Shown here piece by piece: positions 9,981 through 18,489 of a stretch of DNA of 64,000 nucleotides. The notes under the pieces are model-generated. The model made no database searches. It saw only the letters and a program-made list of their open reading frames with translations, and had not been told where the DNA came from. Position 1 is the first letter of the stretch; each line of letters opens with the position of its first letter. The position numbers and the translations under genes were made by a program. The stretch is from Methylobacter sp. GTDB taxonomy: Bacteria > Pseudomonadota > Gammaproteobacteria > Methylococcales > Methylomonadaceae. The DNA lies in NCBI GenBank assembly GCA_030684815.1, contig JAUXXQ010000196.1:13930-77929 (forward strand), given 5' to 3'.

Positions 9981-11435
9981 TCAACCGAAATTGATTTTAG
10001 CCTCCAAATCATTGCTGGAATCGGCATTTCTCAACGCCTCTTCCAAGGTGATTTTTCCGTCCGTATATAATCCAAACAAGGCGTCATCAAATGTTCTCAT
10101 GCCTTTGCTGCCGCTAGATGCCATCGCTGCCTTAATTTCATGCAAATCGCCCTTTAAAATCAGGTTTGCAATGTGCGGGGTGTTGATCATTACTTCAATC
10201 GCGGCACAGCGCTTACCTGCAATGTCGGGAATCAGACGCTGGGAAATAACCGCACTCAAATTGGTAGCAAGATCCATAAATAATTGGCCATGGTTTTCAT
10301 GCGGATACATATTGATGACCCGTTCCATGGCTTGGTTAGCGTTATTCGCGTGCATTGTGGAAATACATAAATGACCGGTGTTAGCCAGTTCCAACGCCGC
10401 CGACATGGTTTCCCGGTCACGAATCTCGCCGATTAAAATCACATCCGGCGCTTCCCGCAAACAGGCTTTTAGCGCACGGGCGTAAGAATCGGTATCGACG
10501 CCGACTTCGCGCTGATTGACAATAGATTTCAGGTTAGGGTGCGAAAATTCGACCGGGTCTTCAATAGTCAAGATGTGTCCCGCTGAATTGGCATTACGGT
10601 GGTTAATCATCGCCGCCAGCGTGGTAGACTTGCCCGAACCAGTGCCGCCGACCATCAGCAACAAACCACGTTTGGCCATAATCAATTCCATTAAAATGTC
10701 CGGCGTACCCAAATCCTTGCCGGTCGGGATGACAGAAGGAATCAAACGCATGACCAAACCGACGGTTTTGCGCTGATAAAAGGCATTGGCGCGAAAGCGC
10801 GCACTACCATCAGGCAAGCTAATGGCAAAATCCAGATCTTTGGTGACTAAAAACTCGTCAATTTGTTCCTGCGTCATAATGCTAAACGCACCCGATTGGG
10901 TCAATTCAGGCGTCAGCAAAAAATCATCCAGCGGTACGGCACGGCCAAAAATCTTGGCTTTAACCTGTGAACCCACCGTCAGAAACAAATCCGATGCCTC
11001 CAAACGGGTCATTTCTTGCAGATAAGGCAAAATATTCAAGCCGCCTTCCGGTAGCGCCCCCAAAATCTGATGACTAACCGGCTGTTGCCTGCGCTCCGGT
11101 CCGGCATAAGACGCCGCATCGACGTCGGTCGATACCTGCTCCGGCACAATAAACAGCACCAGACCATTATCTTCAACCTTGGCGCTGACCAAAAACGTCT
11201 CGCCGCCGGGAGCGGCACAGCTAAATTCCAGTGCTTTATTGTGGACTAATTCCTGCTTTTGCTGCTCGTCAATCAGGCTAAAGGTGATTTCCTTGATAAT
11301 ATTCGGGCTTAACTCGTTTTTACCTAACGGATATGACTCGCCAGCCAAGCCCAAAAGCGCTGGTGAACCCGCCTTTAAAGACAGGCTATCGGCTTTTTTT
11401 TCCAACATTAATTTTAAATACGGTGTCAGGCTCAT
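9981..11435 (-). CDS. pilU: PilT/PilU-family type IV pilus retraction ATPase with a duplicated N-terminal domain
   Basis: GGTGSGKST Walker A, TIEDPVE, LREAPDVILIGEIRD and TMHANNANQ; extra ~130-aa N-terminal extension. Confidence 0.88.
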   Translation of the reverse strand: MSLTPYLKLMLEKKADSLSLKAGSPALLGLAGESYPLGKNELSPNIIKEITFSLIDEQQKQELVHNKALEFSCAAPGGETFLVSAKVEDNGLVLFIVPEQVSTDVDAASYAGPERRQQPVSHQILGALPEGGLNILPYLQEMTRLEASDLFLTVGSQVKAKIFGRAVPLDDFLLTPELTQSGAFSIMTQEQIDEFLVTKDLDFAISLPDGSARFRANAFYQRKTVGLVMRLIPSVIPTGKDLGTPDILMELIMAKRGLLLMVGGTGSGKSTTLAAMINHRNANSAGHILTIEDPVEFSHPNLKSIVNQREVGVDTDSYARALKACLREAPDVILIGEIRDRETMSAALELANTGHLCISTMHANNANQAMERVINMYPHENHGQLFMDLATNLSAVISQRLIPDIAGKRCAAIEVMINTPHIANLILKGDLHEIKAAMASSGSKGMRTFDDALFGLYTDGKITLEEALRNADSSNDLEAKINFG

Positions 11436-11446
11436 GGGTATTCCGC

Positions 11447-12631
11447 TTATTGTTGCTGTTTAATGACGCCAACATTGGCAGCGTGTGTCTCATCTTCATC
11501 GCCACCGTCATCTTTTGACTGCAATGAAAGCCCGCCACTCGACCGGTCTTCACCCGAAGCCAATTTGATTTGCAGACGCAACTCGTTTTGGGAATCGGCA
11601 TTCCTTAACGCTTCGTCATAATCTATTTTGCCCGCCTGATACAGCTCCAACAACGCCTGATCAAAAGTTTGCATGCCCAATTCACGTGATTTTGCCATCA
11701 ACGGCTTGATGCTGGCCGCTTCGCCTTTGGCGATATAATCCGAAATCAACGGCGTATTTAACAAGATCTCAATCGCCGCACAGCGGCCGCCATCAACGGT
11801 CTTGACCAAACGTTGGGAAATAATGGCGCGTAAATTGACCGAAATATCCTGCATCAGCTTAGTCTGAGCCTCCATCGGGAAAAAACCTAAAATCCGGTCG
11901 ATAGCTTGGTTGGCATTGTTCGCATGCAAAGTCGCCAATGCCAAATGGCCGGTTTGGGAAAACTCCAACCCGTATTCCATAATTTCGGCACTGCGGATTT
12001 CGCCCAGCACAATCACATCGGGAGCCTGCCGCAAGGTATTGTGCAGCCCGGCTTCCCAGCTTTTGGTATCGACACCGACTTCCCGCTGCATGACAATGCA
12101 GTTTTTATGGGCATGCACATATTCAATCGGGTCTTCCAGCGTGATGATATGGCCGTAACTGTTGGCGTTACGATGGTCGATCATCGCCGCCATCGAGGTC
12201 GATTTACCCGAGCCGGTACCGCCCACCATGATGATCAGGCCGTTTTTGTGCATCATCACCTCTTTTAAAACAGGCGGTAAACCCAATTTATCAAAATTGG
12301 GTATTTCTGCAGCAATAACGCGGATAACCAAACCCTGGCAGCCTTGCTGGACATAGGCATTGACCCGAAACCGGGATAACCCAGCCGGCGCAATGGCAAA
12401 ATTGCACTCTTGAGTTTCTTCAAATTCTTTCAGCTGCTTATCATTCATAATGCACTGTGTCAGCGCTTTGGAATCGTTAGCCGACAAGGGCTGCTGCGAA
12501 ACCGGCGACATCTTGCCTTTGATCTTGATGGCAGGCGGAAAACCGGCGGTAATAAATAAATCAGACCCTTCTTTATGCAACATAAGTTTGAGCAACTTAA
12601 TCATAAAGTCCATCGCTTCTTTTCTTTCCAT
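11447..12631 (-). CDS. pilU: Type IV pilus ATPase PilU
   Basis: GGTGSGKST, TLEDPIE, LRQAPDV and TLHANNANQAIDRI; PilU-type C-terminus. Confidence 0.9.
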   Translation of the reverse strand: MERKEAMDFMIKLLKLMLHKEGSDLFITAGFPPAIKIKGKMSPVSQQPLSANDSKALTQCIMNDKQLKEFEETQECNFAIAPAGLSRFRVNAYVQQGCQGLVIRVIAAEIPNFDKLGLPPVLKEVMMHKNGLIIMVGGTGSGKSTSMAAMIDHRNANSYGHIITLEDPIEYVHAHKNCIVMQREVGVDTKSWEAGLHNTLRQAPDVIVLGEIRSAEIMEYGLEFSQTGHLALATLHANNANQAIDRILGFFPMEAQTKLMQDISVNLRAIISQRLVKTVDGGRCAAIEILLNTPLISDYIAKGEAASIKPLMAKSRELGMQTFDQALLELYQAGKIDYDEALRNADSQNELRLQIKLASGEDRSSGGLSLQSKDDGGDEDETHAANVGVIKQQQ

Positions 12632-12871
12632 TGACTTCCCCCTGTAATATTTCGCTGGAACGGTGTTAACCGGAATAGGCTAAGCCCCGGCTGATTATAA
12701 TTTTAATTGTTAAAGACGCCTAAAAAAACACAAGCAGCCCAAGTTTTAGCCAACGGCCATAAGAATATAGCTTAAATTCTGATTATTTTTTAACAAAAAA
12801 GGCGGAAGGAAAAAGGCAAAAAATAAATTTTTTGCCCCTCCCCTTTCGCCTTTTTTTACCCGCTGATTAAG

Positions 12872-13942
12872 CTAACTCCGAAACAACCGGTAGCGCTGAT
12901 TTTTGCCATTTAAAATAACGCCGATTAATTCCATTAAACGCCACCATTTCGACAGCAGCTTATTTTTGACCCGCTCCTTGCCATAAACCAAGCCGACAAT
13001 TTCATTGCGTGCCTCCAGCCAATCGCGCATCTCATCGCCTGGACTAAAACCGCGTTTTTCAGCCTTGTAATAAGCCGCTTCGGCGATCATGTGGTTAAAA
13101 TTATCAGGCTCGGCGGCAGGATTACCAGCTATGCCAAAACCGCACTTGAGCAGATTAAAAAAACCTTGCGGCACACCGCCCTTGACGCCGATTTCCGCAG
13201 GTTCCAGCACGGCCAGCGTAGCGAACAAACGATCCCATACCGATAAAACAGTACCGTAATTGCGGTCGTGCTCATCGCGCACGGTTGAATGATGGGCGCG
13301 ATGTAAGTACGGCGTAATCATGACCCAACCGAGATAGTGTTCGCCCCGGAATGACGTGTTGGTGTGGTGCAGCATGGTGAAAAAGATAATGATCGCCTCA
13401 TTAACCAGCAACAAACTGCCTTTTATACCCAAAATAACCACCAACAGCGCTTTCATCACACTGATAAACAACACCTCCAAAAAATGTATCCGAAACGCGG
13501 TTGACACATTCAGACAAGGGTCGTTGTGATGCACCCGGTGCAACATCCACAGCCAATCGAAACTATGGCTGGCTTTATGCAAGCAATACAACAACAAATC
13601 CAGCGCCAAGAAGGCCAGCAGCCACTTGGTCACCGAGTCCGGAAGGTAGCTCAGCAAGCCTTTATCGGCGTAACGCTGGGCTAACACAAATAATGAGGGT
13701 ATCGCCAATAACGACATCGCCACACTATTAAAAACAAATAGCTGCATATTCTCGCGATAGGATTGCCGTAGGCGTTTCGCAAGCCACCTTTCTCTTGGGT
13801 TATAAAACTCAAGAATGATCAGGAAAGCAAAAAACAGGATCAAAATCAGTGTGGCCACCGCGCCTGAAGGCAAATTGATGATCCAGCTTAAATAGGATTG
13901 AAGTAACGTAGTTGAAGATTTAAGTTCATTTAACATTGTCAT
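12872..13942 (-). CDS. Sterol desaturase/fatty acid hydroxylase family protein with C-terminal DUF2934-like domain
   Basis: His boxes HKASH, HRVHH and HRAHH with TM segments; tail IAEAAYYKAEKRGFSPGDEMRDWLEA resembles DUF2934. Confidence 0.8.
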   Translation of the reverse strand: MTMLNELKSSTTLLQSYLSWIINLPSGAVATLILILFFAFLIILEFYNPRERWLAKRLRQSYRENMQLFVFNSVAMSLLAIPSLFVLAQRYADKGLLSYLPDSVTKWLLAFLALDLLLYCLHKASHSFDWLWMLHRVHHNDPCLNVSTAFRIHFLEVLFISVMKALLVVILGIKGSLLLVNEAIIIFFTMLHHTNTSFRGEHYLGWVMITPYLHRAHHSTVRDEHDRNYGTVLSVWDRLFATLAVLEPAEIGVKGGVPQGFFNLLKCGFGIAGNPAAEPDNFNHMIAEAAYYKAEKRGFSPGDEMRDWLEARNEIVGLVYGKERVKNKLLSKWWRLMELIGVILNGKNQRYRLFRS

Positions 13943-14156
13943 CTCCTCATTACAAAACTGACGTAATTATTAGAGCAAAGTTAGCTTAACTTAATATTAT
14001 GAAAAGGCTATGACAAGCAAATTTAAGCGGCTCTGGAGGGCATTAATAGATTATCAACACGATGATCCCCCTAACCGCGACGCCTACGTCGCGATTAGGC
14101 GCGATCATAACCATAAAAAACTGATTTTTATGAGTTATTTCAGCCCAACTTGAACC

Positions 14157-14498
14157 TTAAACCTTTTTAACAAATTCCGACTTGAGCTTCATGGCGCCAA
14201 TACCGTCGATTTTGCAGTCAATGTCATGGTCGCCATCGACTAGCCTGATGTTCCTAACCTTGGTGCCGACTTTGACCACCAAAGACGAGCCTTTCACTTT
14301 GAGGTCTTTAATGACCGTAACCGTGTCCCCATCTTGCAGCGCATTACCGTTCGCATCTTTAATGGCACGCCCGTCATCACTACTTTCAACTTGCGCGTCT
14401 TGCGGCCATTCGTGCGCGCATTCGGGGCAAATGTACTGGGTTCCATCATTGTAAGTGTATTCTGAGCCGCACTTCGGGCAATTGGGTAAGCTACTCAT
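14157..14498 (-). CDS. phnA: PhnA/YjdM zinc-ribbon protein
   Basis: CPKC..CPEC zinc ribbon; [23 protein letters not shown] and [10 protein letters not shown]. Confidence 0.92.
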   Translation of the reverse strand: MSSLPNCPKCGSEYTYNDGTQYICPECAHEWPQDAQVESSDDGRAIKDANGNALQDGDTVTVIKDLKVKGSSLVVKVGTKVRNIRLVDGDHDIDCKIDGIGAMKLKSEFVKKV

Positions 14499-14533
14499 TG
14501 ATTTATGTCTATACCGTTAATTAAAGTGAAAAT

Positions 14534-14758
14534 TCATTCTATGCCAACAGGTTGCGACCCTGCTGTTTTTTCTTGGACCCAGTCCACCATCTCCCCTGAG
14601 GCCCATGACATCAAAAAAGCAAGGGCAAAGATCAATGTTCCGCGTGTCATGCCCTTGGGCAAACCTTGTTTTTCCAGATAATACCGGAGATACCGGGCGG
14701 CAATGAAAAACACCAACGTGGAGATGATGATGTTCGCCGGGGATGCTAGCGTAAACAT
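14534..14758 (-). CDS. Small two-TM hypothetical protein
   Basis: 74 aa with two hydrophobic helices; start overlaps the upstream stop (TAATG). Confidence 0.65.
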   Translation of the reverse strand: MFTLASPANIIISTLVFFIAARYLRYYLEKQGLPKGMTRGTLIFALAFLMSWASGEMVDWVQEKTAGSQPVGIE

Positions 14759-15603
14759 TATTGGCTGTCCCCTTGGGCTTGCGTGTTAAATGCCGCTTCA
14801 ATTTTTAAAAACTGTTCTTTCCAGTAGTTAGCGACCTTAACCGCCTCTTCCTTTTCAATGTTCAGCTCGTTGATCCGTTGGTTTAAAACCCGGTTCAGTT
14901 CAGTCAATTTTTTAATCTCGTCAATTGATGCCGAAATCCTGTCGTCAGACTCAATAATTTGCAACAAAGCATGATTATCAATCGCGCCCGGTTGCCCATC
15001 AACAATGCCGTCCAACGGGGCTTCATAGCTACCATCGGCTACCTGTGCGTCTGCAGGAACAGGGTCAGGCTTGGGCGCTATCGGCTTAGGCGGGGAAATT
15101 TCTTTTATCGCTTTATTCAGGCTTTTTTTACCGTCTATCACTTCCTTGACCAATTCTGCGGGCGCTTCCTTAATCAACTTATCAGCCAGCTGTTGAGTGC
15201 GCTGGCCTACACCCGATTGTTTAGCCCGAGCCGACGTGCTGTCTAATGATGCCGTAGTGCTTGCCGGGGCGGAGGCCTGGGCATTGATCCAGCTTTGGGA
15301 AGCTGACACGATAGCCGCAGACTGGCCTTGCGTTAAATGCCGACGGTGCAAATTTGACGACAAGATAAATTGCGTGGGGTTCGTGCCGGTGTATTCAACC
15401 ACGACCGGTTCAATGCCCAGTTCGCATAGCGCACGATAGCGATTGCCGCCATCCAGAATCATGCCGTCTAGAGTATAAATAGGATGCGTTTGCCCGTTCA
15501 GCTGGATATTTTCTTTCAACGCACTAAATTCATCATCGGACATGCGTGGGAAATACGTGCAAAGCGGGTGCAGTTCCAGGGTTTGATTATTTTTTTCAGT
15601 CAT
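14758..15603 (-). CDS. ParB/Srx-like N-terminal domain protein (phage/plasmid type) with coiled-coil tail
   Basis: LHPLCTYFPRMSDDEFSALKENIQLNG...ILDGGNRYRA and SNLHRRHLT motifs. Confidence 0.75.
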   Translation of the reverse strand: MTEKNNQTLELHPLCTYFPRMSDDEFSALKENIQLNGQTHPIYTLDGMILDGGNRYRALCELGIEPVVVEYTGTNPTQFILSSNLHRRHLTQGQSAAIVSASQSWINAQASAPASTTASLDSTSARAKQSGVGQRTQQLADKLIKEAPAELVKEVIDGKKSLNKAIKEISPPKPIAPKPDPVPADAQVADGSYEAPLDGIVDGQPGAIDNHALLQIIESDDRISASIDEIKKLTELNRVLNQRINELNIEKEEAVKVANYWKEQFLKIEAAFNTQAQGDSQ

Positions 15604-15775
15604 GGCTCAACCTTAAATTTGGCCGACGATTATATCATGGTTGCACCCGATAATTTTAGGCGGAGCCAACACGTTACAGGGTTTTTTGCGCCTATAATAT
15701 CAAGCGCACCGACACTATCCGATATCCGGCGACCCCTATTTACGGCCAAAAACACCCTTTAAATAATTTAACCCC

Positions 15776-18217
15776 ATGCACCTTCCCGAACTCCTACTGA
15801 TCTTATTGCTTTTTTTGATGCTGGCCGTAATGGTTACCGGCTTAGGCAAATATTTGCGCTTACCCTATACCGTGCTGCTGGTGATCATAGGGCTGGGCGT
15901 TAATTTGCTGGCGCCGTTGTCGCCTTACGGCACCCTGATTGCAGAATTTCGTTTGACCCATGATTTGGTCTTGTTTGTATTTTTACCGGGGCTGATTTTT
16001 GACTCGGCGTTAAGCCTGGATGCCCGTGCTTTGGTGAAAGATTTGATCCCGGTTTTGGTGATGGCGATTCCCGGCATGCTTATTTCCGCTGTGCTGGTGG
16101 GTTTGGGCTTGTTTTTTTCGATGAATGTGGATCTGACCGTTGCCCTGCTGTTCGGCGCATTAATCTCGGCGACCGATCCGGTTGCGGTCATTGCCTTATT
16201 CAAAGAGCTGGGCGTAAACCGGCGCTTGACAGTCCTGGTCGAAGGCGAATCCTTATTAAATGATGCCACCGCGATCGTATTGTTTAATATTTTATTGGCC
16301 TTCATTGTACGAGGCGGCTTTCTGCCCGGCGACCTTTTGACGGCGACAACTGATTTCATTAAGGTTTTTTTTGGGGGCATTGCCGTTGGCGTGGTGCTCG
16401 GTTTAATGATGAGCGAGCTTATTGTCAGGCTGAAACATGGCGGCAACAGCGTGGTGTTGGTGGCGACGCTGATCATGGCTTATTTAAGCTTTATCGTCGC
16501 GGAACAGGGTTTCCATGTTTCCGGGGTGATGTCGGTATTATCGGCGGCGCTTTGTTTAAGCGCCACAGGATTGCCACGGCTGTCGGGGCATACCGAGCAG
16601 GACATTCGTGAATTCTGGACGACAGTGGTGTTAATTTTTAATTCGCTGCTGTTTATCATGATTGGCTTATCGGTGGACATCGGGTCATTGTTGGACAGCT
16701 GGGAGCCGGTGCTGTGGGCCATGCTTGCCGTTGCTGTAGCGCGGGCAAGCAGTATTTACGGCTTGATTCCGTTGGCAACTTTTGCCTTCAGCTTGCCTAA
16801 AATCAAATTAGGCAGCCAGCATGTCATGTGGTGGGGCGGCTTAAAAGGCGGCTTGGCCATCGCCATCGTTTTTTCCATTCCCGATACGGTGGCCGATAAA
16901 CAATTGCTAACCGAGTTGACGCTGGGCGTGGTGCTGATCAGCCTGCTGGTCAATGCATCGATGCTCAGGCCGTTATTGCATTGGCTGAAAGTCGACCGGC
17001 TCAGCGAGGACGAATGGCTGGAATGGCAACAGAGCAAAGTGCAGTTAAAAAATTCAATCAACCATGTATTGCGTAATTTTTCCAACGTCCATTTGCTGGA
17101 CGGCAAGCTTCAATCGTCGGTAATCTCGGCATTACGTAAAAACTTACGAACTGGTGCAGACAATCTGACCGAAGAACAATGGCTTAAACAAGTCCATTTG
17201 CAAGTCTTGCAAAGCGAAGAGGAGGAATTGAACCGGCTGAATGACATGGGCTTGGTTAATTACTATAATTATTTGAATTTTAAAGATATTTTAACAAAAG
17301 ACAAATCAAAGGGCATCGCCGAATTAATCGCTGCGCCTTCCACGCAACAGCAATCGAAAAACCCGTTTTTACGCTTTGAGATGGCGATGATCAAATATTT
17401 AAGCGAATATGCGTGGACGCTGGGATTATTGGTCAAGTACCAAAGCAGCCGGTTTTCAAATTTGATCCGCCATGATATTGCCGGCGTGTTACTCGCGCAT
17501 GAGGCACTGCTAAAAATTAAGCAGCTTGGGCAAAGTATGCCCGGACATAAACTCGATGCACTAAAAACCATTTACCAAACCCGATTGAACCGGCGGCAAG
17601 GACGGCTAAAACAATTAAATGAAGTGTTCCCCGATTTTTATCAGCAGTACGAATATCGGTTATTCCAGGAAGTTGCGCTACTGTATGCGCTGGAACAGGT
17701 TACCGAGGAGCATGAACGCGGAAAATTGTCGACAAAAGTTTTCCGACGCCTGGAAACAAGCCTGATTGACGCGCAAAAACAATTGCCGACAATGACCGCG
17801 AGTTTGAGTTTGAGCAAGCGCGACAATTGGCTCGACAGTGTGCCGTTATTTTCCGGGCTACCTCAAAGCGTTATCCGGCGTTTGGCGAAAAATGCGCACT
17901 ACATTAGCTTTTTGCCGGAAGATACGGTATTTAACGAAGGCGATAAGGGCGATTCGGTTTATGTGCTGGTCAGCGGCAGCGTCAATGTGTTTAAACTGAA
18001 CAAGGCTGGCGATAGCTTCCATGTCGCTGAGCTACGTAAAGGCAGTTTTATCGGCGAACATGCCTTGTCGGCCCGGTCAATCAGAACCGCGACGGTGCGC
18101 GCCAAAACCTATATTACCCTGCTGCGATTGACCGCCGATGAGGTGGTGGCCTTATCCCAAGATGCGCCGGAATTGGCAATGCGCTTACGCGATGCCGAAT
18201 TTGGGCATTACGCATGA
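15776..18217 (+). CDS. CPA1 (NhaP-like) Na+/H+ antiporter with C-terminal cyclic-nucleotide-binding domain
   Basis: ISATDPVAV, EGESLLNDATA and GGLKGG motifs; C-terminal FNEGDKGDSVYVLVSG...FIGEHAL...RTATVRA. Confidence 0.88.
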   Translation: MHLPELLLILLLFLMLAVMVTGLGKYLRLPYTVLLVIIGLGVNLLAPLSPYGTLIAEFRLTHDLVLFVFLPGLIFDSALSLDARALVKDLIPVLVMAIPGMLISAVLVGLGLFFSMNVDLTVALLFGALISATDPVAVIALFKELGVNRRLTVLVEGESLLNDATAIVLFNILLAFIVRGGFLPGDLLTATTDFIKVFFGGIAVGVVLGLMMSELIVRLKHGGNSVVLVATLIMAYLSFIVAEQGFHVSGVMSVLSAALCLSATGLPRLSGHTEQDIREFWTTVVLIFNSLLFIMIGLSVDIGSLLDSWEPVLWAMLAVAVARASSIYGLIPLATFAFSLPKIKLGSQHVMWWGGLKGGLAIAIVFSIPDTVADKQLLTELTLGVVLISLLVNASMLRPLLHWLKVDRLSEDEWLEWQQSKVQLKNSINHVLRNFSNVHLLDGKLQSSVISALRKNLRTGADNLTEEQWLKQVHLQVLQSEEEELNRLNDMGLVNYYNYLNFKDILTKDKSKGIAELIAAPSTQQQSKNPFLRFEMAMIKYLSEYAWTLGLLVKYQSSRFSNLIRHDIAGVLLAHEALLKIKQLGQSMPGHKLDALKTIYQTRLNRRQGRLKQLNEVFPDFYQQYEYRLFQEVALLYALEQVTEEHERGKLSTKVFRRLETSLIDAQKQLPTMTASLSLSKRDNWLDSVPLFSGLPQSVIRRLAKNAHYISFLPEDTVFNEGDKGDSVYVLVSGSVNVFKLNKAGDSFHVAELRKGSFIGEHALSARSIRTATVRAKTYITLLRLTADEVVALSQDAPELAMRLRDAEFGHYA

Positions 18218-18219
18218 AA

Positions 18220-18489
18220 CTATTTGATGTCAAAAGACGTTAACGCTTCACCCGCTTCAAGTTCAGTGATTTCAATCGCATCGACCCGTGCGGTAAGCGG
18301 GCCTTTGCGGCACCAGTCGATGAATTTTTCAAGAACCATCGTTTCCGCTTCGGCGATAATTTCCACCCGACCATCAGCCAGATTTTTGGCGTAACCTTTC
18401 ACGGCAAAATGTTGGGCCTTGTTCTGGGTAAAATAGCGGAAATAAACGCCTTGCACGCGGCCGGAAACCAGTATTTTAACTTTACGCAT
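18220..18489 (-). CDS. acyP: Acylphosphatase
   Basis: VSGRVQGVYFRY and GYAKNLADGRVE; start at 18489 overlaps the rlmKL stop. Confidence 0.92.
   Translation of the reverse strand: MRKVKILVSGRVQGVYFRYFTQNKAQHFAVKGYAKNLADGRVEIIAEAETMVLEKFIDWCRKGPLTARVDAIEITELEAGEALTSFDIK

Noticed and set aside
10252-10260. 9-nt match (GCACTCAAA) to the putative guide of mini-element 1
   Set aside because: Too short and not preceded by TTAC; consistent with chance.
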